A stretch of DNA of 64,000 bases from Thermoproteota archaeon. GTDB taxonomy: Archaea; Korarchaeota; JAOZGF01; JAOZFZ01. The stretch lies in assembly GCA_027492035.1 (NCBI GenBank), contig JAOZFT010000015.1, positions 9,043 to 73,042 of the forward strand. The letters are read 5' to 3'. The notes under the pieces are model-generated. The model saw nothing but the letters and a program-made list of their open reading frames with translations, made no database searches and was not told the DNA's origin. Numbering within the stretch: position 1 is the first letter of the stretch; each line of letters begins with the position of its first letter. Position numbers and translations under genes: made by a program. Positions 1 through 11,766 of the stretch are shown here, in pieces.

Positions 1-165
1 ATTACTCTATCCCCTTATTCCCTTAATAGTTTCTATCCGGTTTAAGTAAGGTGTCTTTCCTCCTCTTTTTTGTGGGAGACACAGATGGCTTTTTCACATT
101 CTTTCCAGCTTATCTCCATTAAATTAGTTAATTTAAAACCGAGAAATTAAACGTTTATTATTTTA

Positions 166-690
166 TTACCTGTTTATGTAAATTATAATATTAAATTCTC
201 CTTTTTCTTCTATTTTTAGGTTGGAAGGGTTGTAAAGAGCGTTTTTCATAAAATCTTTTAATTCCTTTCCCCCGTAATATTTCTCCATTACTCCCGTATT
301 AGCTCCTTCTTTCCAGTCTATCACTACAATTTCCCCGTTTCTAGTTGACACCCTTTTTATTTCCTTTAAAGCCTTTACTGGGTCATGGAACTCATGTAAA
401 CTCTTAACAGAATAGATAAAGTCGAAGAACCTTGACTTTAAGGGGATTTCTTCAGCTTTTGCTTCAATACATTTTATTCTTAAACCATAACCCCCCTTTT
501 CAATATTTTCTTTGCAGTGATTTATGTGAGGGTCTATCCCCCACAATTTAGCCCTTTCATTCCTTTTAGCTATTTTTATAAGAAGTTCTCCGTCACCGCA
601 TCCCACGTCTAAAATTCTCAAATGTTTCTTTCCTCTCTCCACTATATACCTTTTAATTACTTCATGCTGGTTGGGCAAGTTTAGCCTCAT
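166..690 (-). CDS. Class I SAM-dependent methyltransferase
   Basis: 174 aa ORF with the Rossmann SAM-binding motif ILDVGCGDGEL near the N-terminus, typical of the UbiE/COQ5-like class I MTase fold. Confidence 0.7.
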   Translation of the reverse strand: MRLNLPNQHEVIKRYIVERGKKHLRILDVGCGDGELLIKIAKRNERAKLWGIDPHINHCKENIEKGGYGLRIKCIEAKAEEIPLKSRFFDFIYSVKSLHEFHDPVKALKEIKRVSTRNGEIVVIDWKEGANTGVMEKYYGGKELKDFMKNALYNPSNLKIEEKGEFNIIIYINR

Positions 691-783
691 TTTTGAACAC
701 CTTGCTTTCCTTTCTATGTTTTCTTTGTTTACGTTTCTAAGTTCTTTTAAAGAGAAATTTGTGAAGAAATGTGAATTTTTGCT

Positions 784-1476
784 TCAGTCCAGCAACTGGA
801 AACACTCCTGTATTTCCTTGATTATTTTCGATATTTTCTTTTCCCTTATATCCAGTTCTTCAGCTAACTCGCTAACTATATCTTCAAAGTTTCCTTTACT
901 CCATGAACAAAAGGTTAAATAGGCAACTTTCCTTTTTAAACCGTCATGAATTTTTTCATTTATAACTGTTCGCATTTTGTCCATAATTCTTCTTTTAAGT
1001 TCCAAATAAAAGGTTAAACTGTTCTCTAAGCGATTTATTTTCTCATCTATTTCGTTTAAGACTTCCCCTGCTGATTTTAGCAGTAAGGAGGGGTTTGTAT
1101 CGTACAGTAACTTATTTACTTTGTTCATTAATTCATCCTTTGGGAAAAGCCTCTTTTTCAGTTCTGAGAATCTCCGTAAATTCATGTTGACAAGGCTCTG
1201 AGCCACACTTACTGTTAAGAAGAAAGATTTGTTTAATTTATAGTACTTTCTTGGTGGAGCCGCTAAGTCACTTTTTACGTAGTAAGAGGAAATAATGCCT
1301 TGCTCCATTAACTTGTCCAGGTGTTTTAAAATAGCTTGTTGACTTACCCCTATTTCTTTAGCTAATTGAGGCAGATACATTGGTTCTTCAGCTAGCAGTC
1401 TCAATATCTCTCTCCTAACTCTGTTCCCAAGTATTTTCAAGATGACGTCAAGTTCATCCTCAACATATTTAACCAT
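784..1476 (-). CDS. Winged-helix (ArsR-like) transcriptional regulator with C-terminal coiled-coil region
   Basis: N-terminal RREILRLLAEEPMYLPQLAKEIGVSQQAILKHLDKLMEQGII is a canonical ArsR/wHTH signature; 230 aa. Confidence 0.6.
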   Translation of the reverse strand: MVKYVEDELDVILKILGNRVRREILRLLAEEPMYLPQLAKEIGVSQQAILKHLDKLMEQGIISSYYVKSDLAAPPRKYYKLNKSFFLTVSVAQSLVNMNLRRFSELKKRLFPKDELMNKVNKLLYDTNPSLLLKSAGEVLNEIDEKINRLENSLTFYLELKRRIMDKMRTVINEKIHDGLKRKVAYLTFCSWSKGNFEDIVSELAEELDIREKKISKIIKEIQECFQLLD

Positions 1477-1586
1477 TTGTTTATTCCCCCTCCTTTTGCA
1501 TCAATTTATTTAAGTGGAACCGTTAAATTTAAATATTATACTTTGGTTATTAACTATTAGTTAATAAATGAAGCTTATCCTTTTAA

Positions 1587-3827
<2,241 letters not shown>

Positions 3828-3871
3828 CCCTTTTTAAGGAAAATGTAATGAAGTGAAGAGGGTGTAGAGAA

Positions 3872-4312
3872 ATGACTTATTGGCCCTTTTTTGAGGAACT
3901 TGAAAGGTTAAGGAATGAAATGAATAAATTCTTTTCTGAACTAATGAAAAGACCCCTCTCAAAAACCGGAACAGAATTGGCTGAAGGATTTAGGCAACCT
4001 TTAATGGACTTGGTAGAGAAAAACGGTGAAGTAACAGTCATAACTGAAATGCCTGGGTTAAACAAAGAAGACATAGATGTGAAACTCACTGAAAACACTT
4101 TAGAAATAAAGGCAAAAAAGAAAATAGAAAAAGAGGAAGAGAAGGGCAACTATAGAGTAAGAGAAAGAAGACATGTTGGATTTTACAGGAAAATAACTTT
4201 ACCCGAAAAAGTGGATCCTTCAACAGCGAAAGCAACTTATGAAAACGGAATCCTAAAAATAACGTTAACAAAAAAGGAAATACCGAAGAAATTCAAAATA
4301 AAAATAGAGTAA
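3872..4312 (+). CDS. hsp20: Small heat shock protein, Hsp20/alpha-crystallin family
   Basis: 146 aa; alpha-crystallin domain pattern (DL.E..GE..V....PG....DI.V......L.I.A) with the G-ILKITLPK-type C-terminal motif. Confidence 0.85.
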   Translation: MTYWPFFEELERLRNEMNKFFSELMKRPLSKTGTELAEGFRQPLMDLVEKNGEVTVITEMPGLNKEDIDVKLTENTLEIKAKKKIEKEEEKGNYRVRERRHVGFYRKITLPEKVDPSTAKATYENGILKITLTKKEIPKKFKIKIE

Positions 4313-4456
4313 ACCTAAACTTTAAAAAAGTAAAACCAAAATTTTTTTAGAAAACTTAAAAGCTAACCTCCCTTTTTCCTTTTTCTTAAAAAGAGTGACG
4401 GGTTAGAATTTACTCTCCCCAAAAAAATTTATCCTTTCTGAGAAGTAGTAGAGGCT

Positions 4457-5068
4457 TTGAGAAAGATGGTAAACAAGGAAGAAACCCTTAAAAAACTTGC
4501 TGAAGAAATAAAAAACTGCAAAAAATGTGAATTATATAAAACAAGAACAAACCCTGTCCCTGGAGAGGGGAACCCAAATACATCTATCTTATTGATTGGA
4601 GAAGCCCCAGGGTACTGGGAAGACATAAGGGGCAAACCTTTCGTGGGGGCAGCAGGAAAATTCTTAAATGAGTTACTGGCAATTTCTGGATTAGAAAGAG
4701 AAGATGTTTACATTTGTAACGTTTTAAAATGCCGTCCAACCTTTGAAGGAAAGAATAGGCCGCCGAAACCTGAAGAAATAAAGGCTTGCACACCGTATTT
4801 AGATAAACAAATCAAGATAATAGGGCCCGAAATTATTTGCACCTTAGGGAATTTCGCAACAAGTTATATCCTGCAAAAATTCGGGTTTAAGCCAGAGTCA
4901 GTTGGGGAAGTGCATGGAAAAGTTTTTGAGGTGAACAGTTTAATGGGAAAAATGAAAATAATTCCCCTCTACCACCCAGCAGCTGGTTTACATAAGCCCC
5001 CAATGAAGGAAATCATAAGGAAGGATTGGGAGAGAGTCAGGGAGGAAATAGAAACCGGGAAGAATTAA
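4457..5068 (+). CDS. udg: Uracil-DNA glycosylase, family 4 (Fe-S type)
   Basis: CKKCELYKTRTNPVPGEG ... LLIGEAPGYWED ... GKPFVGAAGKFLNELL motifs characteristic of family 4 UDG; 203 aa. Confidence 0.8.
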   Translation: MRKMVNKEETLKKLAEEIKNCKKCELYKTRTNPVPGEGNPNTSILLIGEAPGYWEDIRGKPFVGAAGKFLNELLAISGLEREDVYICNVLKCRPTFEGKNRPPKPEEIKACTPYLDKQIKIIGPEIICTLGNFATSYILQKFGFKPESVGEVHGKVFEVNSLMGKMKIIPLYHPAAGLHKPPMKEIIRKDWERVREEIETGKN

Positions 5069-5091
5069 GTTTATTGAAGGAAGGTTTTTAA

Positions 5092-5283
5092 GTGTTGAAA
5101 GCAAAAAGGCTTTACAGAAAAATAAAAGGCGTTAGAGCCCAAATAAAAACAGCTACGAAAAAAATTGAGAAGGCTTACTCTAAAGGTGAAAATTTCCGGT
5201 TTTACGAAAACAAAGTGCAAAAACTAGTGAAAAATAAAAGTAAATGGAGGAAAAGATTCCATAAACTTAAACATGAAAGGTAA
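5092..5283 (+). CDS. Small lysine/arginine-rich basic protein (hypothetical)
   Basis: 63 aa ORF with GTG start after a GGAAGG-like RBS. Composition is very basic; no recognisable family, so this could be a spurious ORF. Confidence 0.3.
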   Translation: MLKAKRLYRKIKGVRAQIKTATKKIEKAYSKGENFRFYENKVQKLVKNKSKWRKRFHKLKHER

Positions 5284-5390
5284 AAAATGTTTCCAGAAGT
5301 ATCTTTAAGGTTTATTTCTTAAACTTATGATTAAGTTTATAGGGGTATATAGTATACGTATATGCCAAATAATGTTTACAAGTTACTGCA

Positions 5391-6890
5391 CTAAATCGCC
5401 ACTTGGAATTTTTTCTTGTCTTTTCTGCATATAACTTGAGTTAAATTCCTCCCAGATAAAGCTACAGCTGGTAAACCTCCACCTGGTTCAACCCATTGCC
5501 CAACCATATAAAAATTTTTCAGCCTGGGTAAGGTCTTTTTCATCCTTCTCATAAACATTTTTGGTGTTGGCAGCCACCCTTCAAAACTCCCTTTCCAGTT
5601 ATTTGTATACCTTATGTAAGTGGCAGGTGTAGCAACATCATAAACCTCAACTTTCGAGGCTATATCTCCAAATCTTTTATCAAGAATCACTATAAGCTCC
5701 TTAGCAATTCTTTCTTTCTCTTTACGATACTTTCCCATATTTCTCTTCCTCAATTTTACCCAGTATTCATAATTGGAGGGGACGTGTACAATGATAGAGG
5801 TTTTTCCTTCTGGTGCTAATGTAGGGTCAAAGTTGTAGATTCTCACCATTACCCTCTCAACTTTGTTTTTATCGTCAATAATGAAAGGCTTATCAAGAGG
5901 GAAACTTATTGAATGTGGAATGTTATTGAATCTTTTCGATATTCCCAGTGAAATTTGAGTAATTGCAGGAAACAGCTCTGAATTATTGTAATAATCCAAG
6001 ATTTCCTTATTTATGTATTTACCGTCAAGCATTTCAAAAATGGTATAATGTCCATCAGCAGCTGAGATTACAATGTCAGCACTGTAAATTTCCCCATTTG
6101 CCAGTTTTATTCCAACAGCTTTATTATTTTCCACAATAACCTTTAACACTTTCGAGTTATAACTCACTTTGCCGCCGAGATCAACATACCTCCTTTCGAT
6201 AGACTTTGAAAACTCTAGAGATCCCCCAATTGGATAACCTGCAGATTTTAGGTGCATCCAGGAGAGGGTCATAATAAGTCCAGCCATTGCGAATCGGTCA
6301 TCTACCCCAAGAATCAAAGGAAATATCTCTTTTAAAAATGGATTTTGAAATTTTTCTGCGTAATCCTTAATTGTGATTTTCTTCCATTTCTTTGCAGCTT
6401 TTAAAAAACGATACATCTTAAATAAAAATTTCATTCCATCGATAGGACCATATAGTTCAGGTGCCTTCTCTATCGGTATTTCAAACCCTGTAAATTCCCT
6501 TACTGCATCTGTAAACTTCTTTATTACCTGTTTATCTTCAGGTGCAAACCTTATCATCTCCCTCTCTAATTTATCCACATTTGTATAAACTGTGAAAACC
6601 CTTCCATTTTTCCCTTCTATCCTAATGAATTCTTCAAAGTTCACTATCTTCTTATTTTGAATCGCACCTAATTCTTGCCATATCTTGTATAAGTTAACAA
6701 ATGGACTTGAACCAACAAGCCAATGAATGCAGCCATCGAAAATATACCCTTTCCTTCTCCATGAAGTGCATACACCACCTGGAGACTGGCTCATTTCGAA
6801 TATTTGAGTTTCGTACCCATTCATTTGTAAATAACAACCTGTCGATAAACCAGCTACTCCAGCGCCTATTATTGCCACTTTCTTGCTCAT
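5391..6890 (-). CDS. NAD(P)/FAD-dependent oxidoreductase, phytoene desaturase (CrtI)-like family
   Basis: N-terminal dinucleotide-binding motif VAIIGAGVAGLSTGCYL; 499 aa; overall length and pattern resemble the CrtI/amine-oxidase-like family. Confidence 0.7.
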   Translation of the reverse strand: MSKKVAIIGAGVAGLSTGCYLQMNGYETQIFEMSQSPGGVCTSWRRKGYIFDGCIHWLVGSSPFVNLYKIWQELGAIQNKKIVNFEEFIRIEGKNGRVFTVYTNVDKLEREMIRFAPEDKQVIKKFTDAVREFTGFEIPIEKAPELYGPIDGMKFLFKMYRFLKAAKKWKKITIKDYAEKFQNPFLKEIFPLILGVDDRFAMAGLIMTLSWMHLKSAGYPIGGSLEFSKSIERRYVDLGGKVSYNSKVLKVIVENNKAVGIKLANGEIYSADIVISAADGHYTIFEMLDGKYINKEILDYYNNSELFPAITQISLGISKRFNNIPHSISFPLDKPFIIDDKNKVERVMVRIYNFDPTLAPEGKTSIIVHVPSNYEYWVKLRKRNMGKYRKEKERIAKELIVILDKRFGDIASKVEVYDVATPATYIRYTNNWKGSFEGWLPTPKMFMRRMKKTLPRLKNFYMVGQWVEPGGGLPAVALSGRNLTQVICRKDKKKFQVAI

Positions 6891-6977
6891 TTCTTTTTCC
6901 TCTTATATCCTTCTATATTCAACTATACAGGGTTTAATTTAGGTAAATGTATATAAAGTTATGTTGGGATGATGTTT

Positions 6978-7001
6978 CAAAGGGATGCGCAAAGGGATGC
7001 G
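6978..7001. repeat. Tandem 2 x 12-bp direct repeat CAAAGGGATGCG
   Basis: caaagggatgcgcaaagggatgcg in the intergenic region between divergently transcribed genes (5391..6890 minus, 7182..7844 plus). Confidence 0.7.
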
Positions 7002-7106
7002 ATAAGTAATTTCTCTTTATTAAATCCCTTCAAGGTTTTCAGTGCATCTGCAATGGTTTTTCATTCTTCACCGACAATAATTTCAACATGGTTGTAAACC
7101 GAAAAA

Positions 7107-7119
7107 TTTATATATAAAA
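7107..7119 (+). promoter_or_regulatory. TATA-box-like element (TTTATATATAAAA) upstream of the Yip1 gene
   Basis: AT-rich TATA-like hexamer run about 65 bp upstream of the 7182 start, in the intergenic region between divergent genes. Confidence 0.3.
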
Positions 7120-7181
7120 AAAATTACTTAGATTTCGAATTATTAATTTTCTAACTTATTTCTTGAAAGAGTGAAGTAAAA

Positions 7182-7844
7182 ATGAACTGGTACAAAGGGT
7201 TTTCAAGTAGAATTGGAGGAGTTTTGCTTCACCCGAGGGAAACTTTTGAAATGATTGTGCATGAAAAAAGAGGGCTAACAGAACCTGTTCTACTCTTTCT
7301 AATAATAACTTTGGTTGAGGGATTGCTTGCAGGTTCAGTTATTTCCCGTGTTATACAACGTATTCTAGAAATTGTGGAGGTTGGGAGCCATATTCCTTCT
7401 TGGATTGTCTCAGGTATTTTTTCCCAAGTTTTGCCTTTCAGTTTAGTGTTGGTTAGTGTAATAGGTGGCTTCGTTAACTTAATACTTTGGAGCCTGATTA
7501 ATCACTTAGTTGCTAGACATTTATTTGACAGCATGGGAAGTTATGAAGCAACACTGGGTTTGTACATGTACACCTCAGTTATTGATTTCCTAATTATTCT
7601 TGGCTTAATTGTTTCATTATTCACTCCCGCTGCTGGTTTACTCCTAACTTCAACTTTAGCATTTGTTACTTTGATTTGGAAAGCTTGGTTGCTTGTTTTA
7701 ATAACAGAGAATGTTTACGGTTTAGATTCAGGTAAAGCTTTAATTTCAGCCATCTTAATTCCTTTAGTTATTTATCTTGTGGTTTTTCCAGGTTTATCTC
7801 TGATAAGGCTGCTTTACATGCCATGGAACCCTTGGAGGTTTTAA
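7182..7844 (+). CDS. Yip1-domain integral membrane protein
   Basis: 220 aa, multiple predicted TM helices after a hydrophilic N-terminus; layout typical of the Yip1/YIF1 family. Confidence 0.55.
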   Translation: MNWYKGFSSRIGGVLLHPRETFEMIVHEKRGLTEPVLLFLIITLVEGLLAGSVISRVIQRILEIVEVGSHIPSWIVSGIFSQVLPFSLVLVSVIGGFVNLILWSLINHLVARHLFDSMGSYEATLGLYMYTSVIDFLIILGLIVSLFTPAAGLLLTSTLAFVTLIWKAWLLVLITENVYGLDSGKALISAILIPLVIYLVVFPGLSLIRLLYMPWNPWRF

Positions 7845-7870
7845 TTTTTTTAGTTTTTGGAAGGTAAGGT

Positions 7871-8767
7871 GTGGAAGGAATGGTTTCATTAAATTTGTCA
7901 AAGGAACAGTTAACCGGTTTAGGTATAATAATAATTATCGCAGCTGGTTTAATTCTTGCAGTTAGTGCTCCCCTTTTTCTAAAAGGTAAACCTGTCGAAG
8001 AAAGGGAGAAAATAAATTTAATTAACATTTTTGAAAAAATAACAAGGGAATGGGGAGAAAAAGAGAAATTATATTTCAATAGCACCGACGTGGATGTAAA
8101 GGAAGTAGTTGTGAATTTAAACGCTTCACTGGGTTCATTCAAAGTTTCTTTTGAAGACACGGGACTTCCTTTTCAAGCTGAAATTGAGCAGCAGAAGTCA
8201 TCTCCAAAACCTGTTTTTGAAAAAGAGAAAAGAAACCAGGTTCTTTATTGCAGCCTTAAAGTTGAAGAGGGGAAAGTACATGTTTTCTTGGATCCCTCCT
8301 GGAAGTATAGTGTCTCAGTAAAAACAGGGACAGGAGCTGTGACTTTCACGTCCATAACCGGTGTTAGAGTGGACAATTTGTTTTTGTCAACGATTGTGGG
8401 TGCTGTAAACCTAAATTTGCAAGGTTTAATCAGGAATGTGTCAGTTAAAACCGAAACAGGCGCCATAAACCTTTCATATATTATAAGTGAACCATTAAAC
8501 AGTTCAGTGGATTGTAAAACAGGAATTGGGGCGATTAAGTTCAGTGTTGCTGTACCTGAAGAAGCGGGTCTCAGCATTCACGCAGAAACAGGTGTAGGAT
8601 CAGTTAAAATAAAGGGTGACGGATTAAAAGTTGTAAGTTCTTCAGAGAATGAAATTCACTATAAATCAAATAATTTCGATGCTGCCAAGTCTAGGTTAGA
8701 CATAAACCTATTTACTGGTACAGGATCGATTAAAGGGGACGTTGAAACTATGTCCTCAACTGTTTAA
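7871..8767 (+). CDS. DUF4097-family (putative adhesin-like beta-repeat) protein with N-terminal TM anchor
   Basis: N-terminal TM segment, then repeated short beta-strand units ending in TGTGAV / TETGAI / KTGIGAI / AETGVGSV / TGTGSI, as in DUF4097. Confidence 0.55.
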   Translation: MEGMVSLNLSKEQLTGLGIIIIIAAGLILAVSAPLFLKGKPVEEREKINLINIFEKITREWGEKEKLYFNSTDVDVKEVVVNLNASLGSFKVSFEDTGLPFQAEIEQQKSSPKPVFEKEKRNQVLYCSLKVEEGKVHVFLDPSWKYSVSVKTGTGAVTFTSITGVRVDNLFLSTIVGAVNLNLQGLIRNVSVKTETGAINLSYIISEPLNSSVDCKTGIGAIKFSVAVPEEAGLSIHAETGVGSVKIKGDGLKVVSSSENEIHYKSNNFDAAKSRLDINLFTGTGSIKGDVETMSSTV

Positions 8768-8854
8768 AAACTGCACTTTTTTGTTTCCTTCCACTCTTTT
8801 AAAAACTTTGAAGACAGGTGAATCGGGACGGTTTATATTCCTAGAAATAAACCC

Positions 8855-9511
8855 TTGCAGGGAAAAAATGTTTTGAATGTTTTAGCCAATGAAAACAGGC
8901 TTTTAATCATAAAGTTCATTACTGAAAGCAAGGAGGGAGTCAGTGCCTCAGAAATAGCTGAAAAATTAAATTTGAAAATTTCAACCGTTATGAGTCACTT
9001 AGAACAAATGGAGTCTGTGGGATTGATCAGGTTTGACTGGAAAAGGATAGGTAGGGGTAGGCCTCTCAAAAAATATAAACTTGTAGATAACTATGTAACA
9101 ATAGACCTGGACTTAGCTGCTTTAGCCAGGATCCCAAACAAGGAGGAACTTGAAGAAAAAATTTTCACCTACATCTCCTTAAAAAGGAAAAGAGACACTT
9201 TGCCCGTAAGCTTAACAGTTGAAGACATAATTAAAACCTTAAATGTAGACGCTAAAACCGCACTTGTATTGCTTGATTACTTAACTGAAAAGAAAAACGA
9301 AGTAGCTAAAATGTTAGCTTCAGAAGTGCTCGAAAAATTCAAAAACAAAAAAGTTGTGGAAATAGAAAAAATAGCTAGGGAATTGAAAGTACATGAATAC
9401 TGGGCAGCGAAAACAGCTTCGTACCTGGAATCAAAAGGCCTTTACAAAGTTAGAGAAGGTAAAATTTGTAGGATTGAATACGAAAAAGGCAAGGAAAAAA
9501 CAGGGAAGTGA
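8855..9511 (+). CDS. HTH (ArsR/wHTH-like) transcriptional regulator
   Basis: LLIIKFITESKEGVSASEIAEKLNLKISTVMSHLEQMESVGLI is a winged-helix DNA-binding signature; 218 aa. Confidence 0.55.
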   Translation: MQGKNVLNVLANENRLLIIKFITESKEGVSASEIAEKLNLKISTVMSHLEQMESVGLIRFDWKRIGRGRPLKKYKLVDNYVTIDLDLAALARIPNKEELEEKIFTYISLKRKRDTLPVSLTVEDIIKTLNVDAKTALVLLDYLTEKKNEVAKMLASEVLEKFKNKKVVEIEKIARELKVHEYWAAKTASYLESKGLYKVREGKICRIEYEKGKEKTGK

Positions 9512-9519
9512 GGTTTCCT

Positions 9520-9873
9520 TTATTGAATAGGTGGTGAAAGGGCATAAATTATGGTGGCGCTTTCCTTCCCTTCATTTATTAACCCATGTTTCTCACCAGC
9601 TGGGAGATAAATTGCATCTCCCTCTTTTACCTTAATTTTTTTGTTGTTACAGTAAATTGTCACTTCCCCCTTTAATATGAAGTAAACTTCGTCTTCAACC
9701 TCATACTTCCACTTCAATGGTTTATTACCTGGTTCAACAAATACTACACCAAACATTATTTTGTCAGATCCTTCCCTTCCCTTAGTTATTAACCTTCTTA
9801 CACGAATACTGTCAGATAAAGTTACAGATTCAATATCTCTTACATTAACAACCTTTGCTGACTTTTTACTCAT
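9520..9873 (-). CDS. Cupin-domain protein
   Basis: 117 aa; cupin motif-like G(X)5FVEPG ... G..IYLPAGEKHG. Confidence 0.6.
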   Translation of the reverse strand: MSKKSAKVVNVRDIESVTLSDSIRVRRLITKGREGSDKIMFGVVFVEPGNKPLKWKYEVEDEVYFILKGEVTIYCNNKKIKVKEGDAIYLPAGEKHGLINEGKESATIIYALSPPIQ

Positions 9874-9931
9874 TGCTTTCCCCCCATTTTCTTGAAAAGG
9901 AAAAACTGTGAAGTTCTCAGCTTCTCATCCC

Positions 9932-11005
9932 TCACCCTTTAAAGTGAGGCATTATCTTTTCATTAATCTCTTTTAATGTCTCCTCAACTGTTGGTCCCCC
10001 TGAAATGGTCATTATTCTGAACCCTAGGTTTTTTGCACCGGCTTTAACGTACTCATTTATATGTTCTAAACATTCTTCAGGACTGCCTATTACAATAGTT
10101 TTTCTAACTAATTCCTCAGGCACGTCTTTAGATGCTTCAAGTAAAGCTTTTCCATTTGGGAAAGGTTTATGTGCCAATATATGGGTGTAAGCCGGGGCTG
10201 AAACCTCATAACCATGTTCCTTCAAAATACTTCTTTCAACGTAGAGGTAAGCCTTACCTACCTCCACAGCTTTCTTCTGCACTTCAGGATCGTCACACAT
10301 ACAAACATAAAGCCATGTAACAATGTCTATTTCATCGAAATTCCTACCAGCTCTTTTTGCGGATTCTTCTATTGTTTTGATTAAACCTGGAAGTTTCTTT
10401 GGCAACACAATCCACGAGAACCAACCTTCAGCTTTTTCCCCTATTATTTTCAGGAGGCTTTTTGATTTTATTGCCCCCACATAAATTGGTGGATGAGGTT
10501 TCTGAACAAACTTCTGATCTATAAATGCTTCTTTTAAAGTGTAAAACTCTCCATTGTAGAAAGCCATTCTTTCTCTGTTAGAGGTCCATAAAAGCTTGGT
10601 TACGTCAATGTACTCACTTAACCTTTTAATCCTCTTTTTTGCACTTTCGAATTCTATTCCGAAAGGTATAAGGTTCATTGCTTCACCTGCACCTAAGGCT
10701 GTCACTGCTCTGCCTGCTGTTAACTCATCAAGTGTAGCCACCATTTGAGCCATTTTTGAGGGGTGAATGTGGTAAATGTCAGCTACACCTGGGCTTAATT
10801 TAATTTTTTTAGTTTGGGCACCTATTGCACCCATAACAGTCCAACAGTCGATGCGTGCCCCATCAATGTCTACGATATGGTCAGGTATAAAAACATAGTC
10901 GAAACCGTATTTTTCAGCTAAAACTCCACATTTCACAACCCTATCTGCTGGGTACATATCTCCAAGCACTGCACTAAACTTCATTTTTTCCCCACCTCCT
11001 CCCAA
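9932..11005 (-). CDS. mer: LLM-class F420-dependent oxidoreductase, Mer-like (5,10-methylene-H4MPT reductase homolog)
   Basis: 357 aa luciferase-like monooxygenase fold; KIKLSPGVADIYHIHP and C-terminal IMPHFKG resemble Mer (KIKLGPGITNPYTRHP ... VIPHFKE). Confidence 0.65.
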   Translation of the reverse strand: MGGGGEKMKFSAVLGDMYPADRVVKCGVLAEKYGFDYVFIPDHIVDIDGARIDCWTVMGAIGAQTKKIKLSPGVADIYHIHPSKMAQMVATLDELTAGRAVTALGAGEAMNLIPFGIEFESAKKRIKRLSEYIDVTKLLWTSNRERMAFYNGEFYTLKEAFIDQKFVQKPHPPIYVGAIKSKSLLKIIGEKAEGWFSWIVLPKKLPGLIKTIEESAKRAGRNFDEIDIVTWLYVCMCDDPEVQKKAVEVGKAYLYVERSILKEHGYEVSAPAYTHILAHKPFPNGKALLEASKDVPEELVRKTIVIGSPEECLEHINEYVKAGAKNLGFRIMTISGGPTVEETLKEINEKIMPHFKG

Positions 11006-11016
11006 AAAGTAAAAAA

Positions 11017-11739
11017 TTACTTTGTTGCAAATAATGCTTCTCCGTAACCTTTCACTTCTTTTAACGGTGCGTTACATTTTTTTAATGCATTCCATAGTGT
11101 TGCTGAGTTGCTGCAAACAACAGGTTTGTTAAGTTTCTTCTCTAACTCATTTATGAGCCCCATTAGTTTAAGCCCTGTACAGCTTATGAATAAACCTTTA
11201 GATCTTTCGGAGTCAGCTTTTTCAGCTGCTTCACTTAATTCGCTATGTTCCAAGGCACACATTTCTTCAGTATTAGTTATGGAAAGGCCGACATCCTTCA
11301 CAACTTTTATGTTGAAATTTGCCAAGTAATTTATCTCCATTTTGTTAAGGTCTTTAGTGTAAGGTGTCATTAAAGATATAGTGGATAATTTTAATTGCTT
11401 CAATGCCTCAACCACTGACTGCATAGTACTTATTGCTTTTACCCCTGTCTCATTTTCTATTTTATTAAGCAGTTTCTTTTCCCATTCCAAACCTAGAACA
11501 AAGGTTCCGCTTGTGCAATGGTAAATTATTAAGTCTATTTTTGGGGGTAACCTTTCAATAGCGATTTCTACTTCATCCGACATCTTGAGCAAGTTTTCTC
11601 TTGTAACTGATTCCAGTTTAATTCGTGTCGCGTAAAAAGCCACACCCTCAGGTGCTGCTTTATTGAATTCATATTCTGTCGTGTAGTCCTCGTGCGGTAA
11701 AATCAACCCTATTCTAGCTTTTTCACCGTAAAGAACCAT
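11017..11739 (-). CDS. Asp/Glu/hydantoin racemase superfamily enzyme (maleate isomerase/arylmalonate decarboxylase-like)
   Basis: 240 aa with two cysteine-containing motifs IIYHCTSGTF and LFISCTGLKL, placed like the paired catalytic Cys residues of this superfamily. Confidence 0.6.
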   Translation of the reverse strand: MVLYGEKARIGLILPHEDYTTEYEFNKAAPEGVAFYATRIKLESVTRENLLKMSDEVEIAIERLPPKIDLIIYHCTSGTFVLGLEWEKKLLNKIENETGVKAISTMQSVVEALKQLKLSTISLMTPYTKDLNKMEINYLANFNIKVVKDVGLSITNTEEMCALEHSELSEAAEKADSERSKGLFISCTGLKLMGLINELEKKLNKPVVCSNSATLWNALKKCNAPLKEVKGYGEALFATK

Positions 11740-11766
11740 TTTTAAACACCTTTAATAAATGCCCAA

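Noticed and set aside
671-922. 83-aa plus-strand ORF overlapping the ends of two minus-strand genes
   Set aside because: It overlaps the methyltransferase start and the regulator gene, has a hydrophobic low-complexity translation and no RBS. Judged spurious.
5092-5283. Idea that the small basic ORF is a ribosomal protein (S21-like composition)
   Set aside because: Only compositional resemblance, no motif-level match, and archaea lack bS21. Kept as a low-confidence hypothetical CDS only.
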